A DNA stretch of 63,906 nucleotides, counting the filler, from Stramenopiles sp. TOSAG23-2 (lineage: Eukaryota): assembly GCA_900128395.1 (NCBI GenBank). It is 3 parts of 3 records of this genome, joined end to end, with 100 filler letters (N's around TTAATTAATTAA, not from the genome) between each part and the next. Parts side by side here need not be neighbours in the genome. Positions count along the whole stretch, not along the records: positions 45,191 to 63,906 come from LT649600.1; 2 more parts are not named here. One strand, given 5' to 3'. The notes beneath the pieces were generated by a model that did not search any database, was not told where the DNA came from, and saw nothing but the letters and a program-made list of their open reading frames with translations. Made by a program: the position numbers and the translations under genes. This document shows positions 63,050 to 63,906 of this stretch, piece after piece (within the stretch, counting starts at the first letter, position 1; each line of letters starts with the position of its first letter).

Positions 63050-63906
63050 GTTTTGTGTTCTTGTTTCGTGTCTTGTCTCGTGTTGAGGGTTGTGGTGTAT
63101 TGTTTTTTTATCTCTGTTGAAATATATGTATGTACGGTTGTTGCATGCACGTGTTGGTTGTGTGCGTGTTGGCGTACATAATTTATTAATAGTGTTATTT
63201 TCATAGTATAAAATATCGTAAAAACAAGCCATATTTTTTTTTTCTCGTTTATTTTCATAAATTGTATGTGCTGCTAGAATATTCTAATAAAATTCCAACA
63301 TTTTTTTAGCACTACACAGGACCCACAAAAACGTGCATATTATTCCCATGCTAATTTACAAAATTGGTCCTTTTTCCAGATGGATTTTCTAATCGAGCGC
63401 TCGAGCTCTCCATTTTGCACGGATTTTGGGTGTTTTTAAGGATGTTGCCGGAAATAGTTGGGATAGTTCAATTTCGACGTTGGGACTTTCCGGTAAAGTT
63501 GAGCCTATGCTGTGTGCTGCTAATTCCAACTTTACGGCGAACTTTGCGGCTTTTTTTATTTTGAATGGTCAAAAATGCCTTGTAATCCCATAGTGACTAT
63601 TTTTCTCGGGATCGCAGGAACTGTACATTGGGAATAGGCCGGTTAGCTTGTGATTAGATTATATAATATGGTATATGCATCCGAAGTTTATAGCTTCCCT
63701 TAATATAATATTAAGGGCGGAGGAGGATCGATTTTGTAGATCTAAAAAAATTGCACCATCAGCTGATCGTCAGCTTCGTGCGGTATTAATAATAAATGTA
63801 TGTCCCCTACATTAGTTGTTACGTCACAGGGTCCTCATTTTAAGGATTATTAACATAAAGTGGTTTAAATTGTTTCTAGTATAAATAGTAATACTGTTGG
63901 AGTAGC

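Larger units (their letters stand above)
45191..63906. mobile_element. Putative virus-like or transposon-like region carrying a TVpol-SF3 helicase replicon; boundaries unresolved
   Basis: Intronless ORFs without the poly-Asn runs typical of segments 1-2, a PolA-like/SF3 replication gene, a viral-type HNH domain, small Zn-finger ORFs and iteron-like repeats. No housekeeping gene was recognised. Confidence 0.6.

Noticed and set aside
45336-63612. TCCCGAGAAAA at ~45337 and ~45381 with an inverted copy at ~63601 as terminal inverted repeats
   Set aside because: Only about 11-12 bp match and the similarity does not extend convincingly; insufficient for a TIR call.

Overview
AT-rich eukaryotic (protist) sequence using the standard genetic code, with canonical GT-AG introns and poly-Asn/Asp tracts. 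A heterotrophic stramenopile-like lineage is plausible but unproven. Two artificial linkers (N44-TTAATTAATTAA-N44 at 22536-22635 and 45091-45190) join three segments, so synteny across them is not evidence. Segment 1 (1-22535) holds a 5'-truncated Gly-X-Y/coiled-coil protein, TRM7, a two-exon myotubularin, a two-exon bacterial-type malate synthase G, an orphan gene, an SLC38/AVT transporter and GDAP2. Segment 2 (22636-45090) holds a TPR-IQ protein, a 2735-aa C2/multi-TM/pseudo-calpain/WW protein, an SLC35E/TPT transporter, two membrane proteins and PGM3. Segment 3 (45191-63906) is different and looks like a virus- or transposon-like replicon. It has a PolA-like TVpol primase-polymerase fused to an SF3 helicase, preceded by hairpins and a 64-bp iteron-like array whose core recurs just after the stop. 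It also has two small paralogous basic ORFs, RING-like and SWIM finger ORFs, a decayed host-type surface-protein gene and a ~990-aa orphan. Its most striking gene fuses chromatin-reader modules (extended PHD, chromo-like, PHD) to a viral-type HNH endonuclease. No capsid, packaging ATPase, integrase or transposase was recognised. All assignments come from reading motifs by eye; no searches were run.
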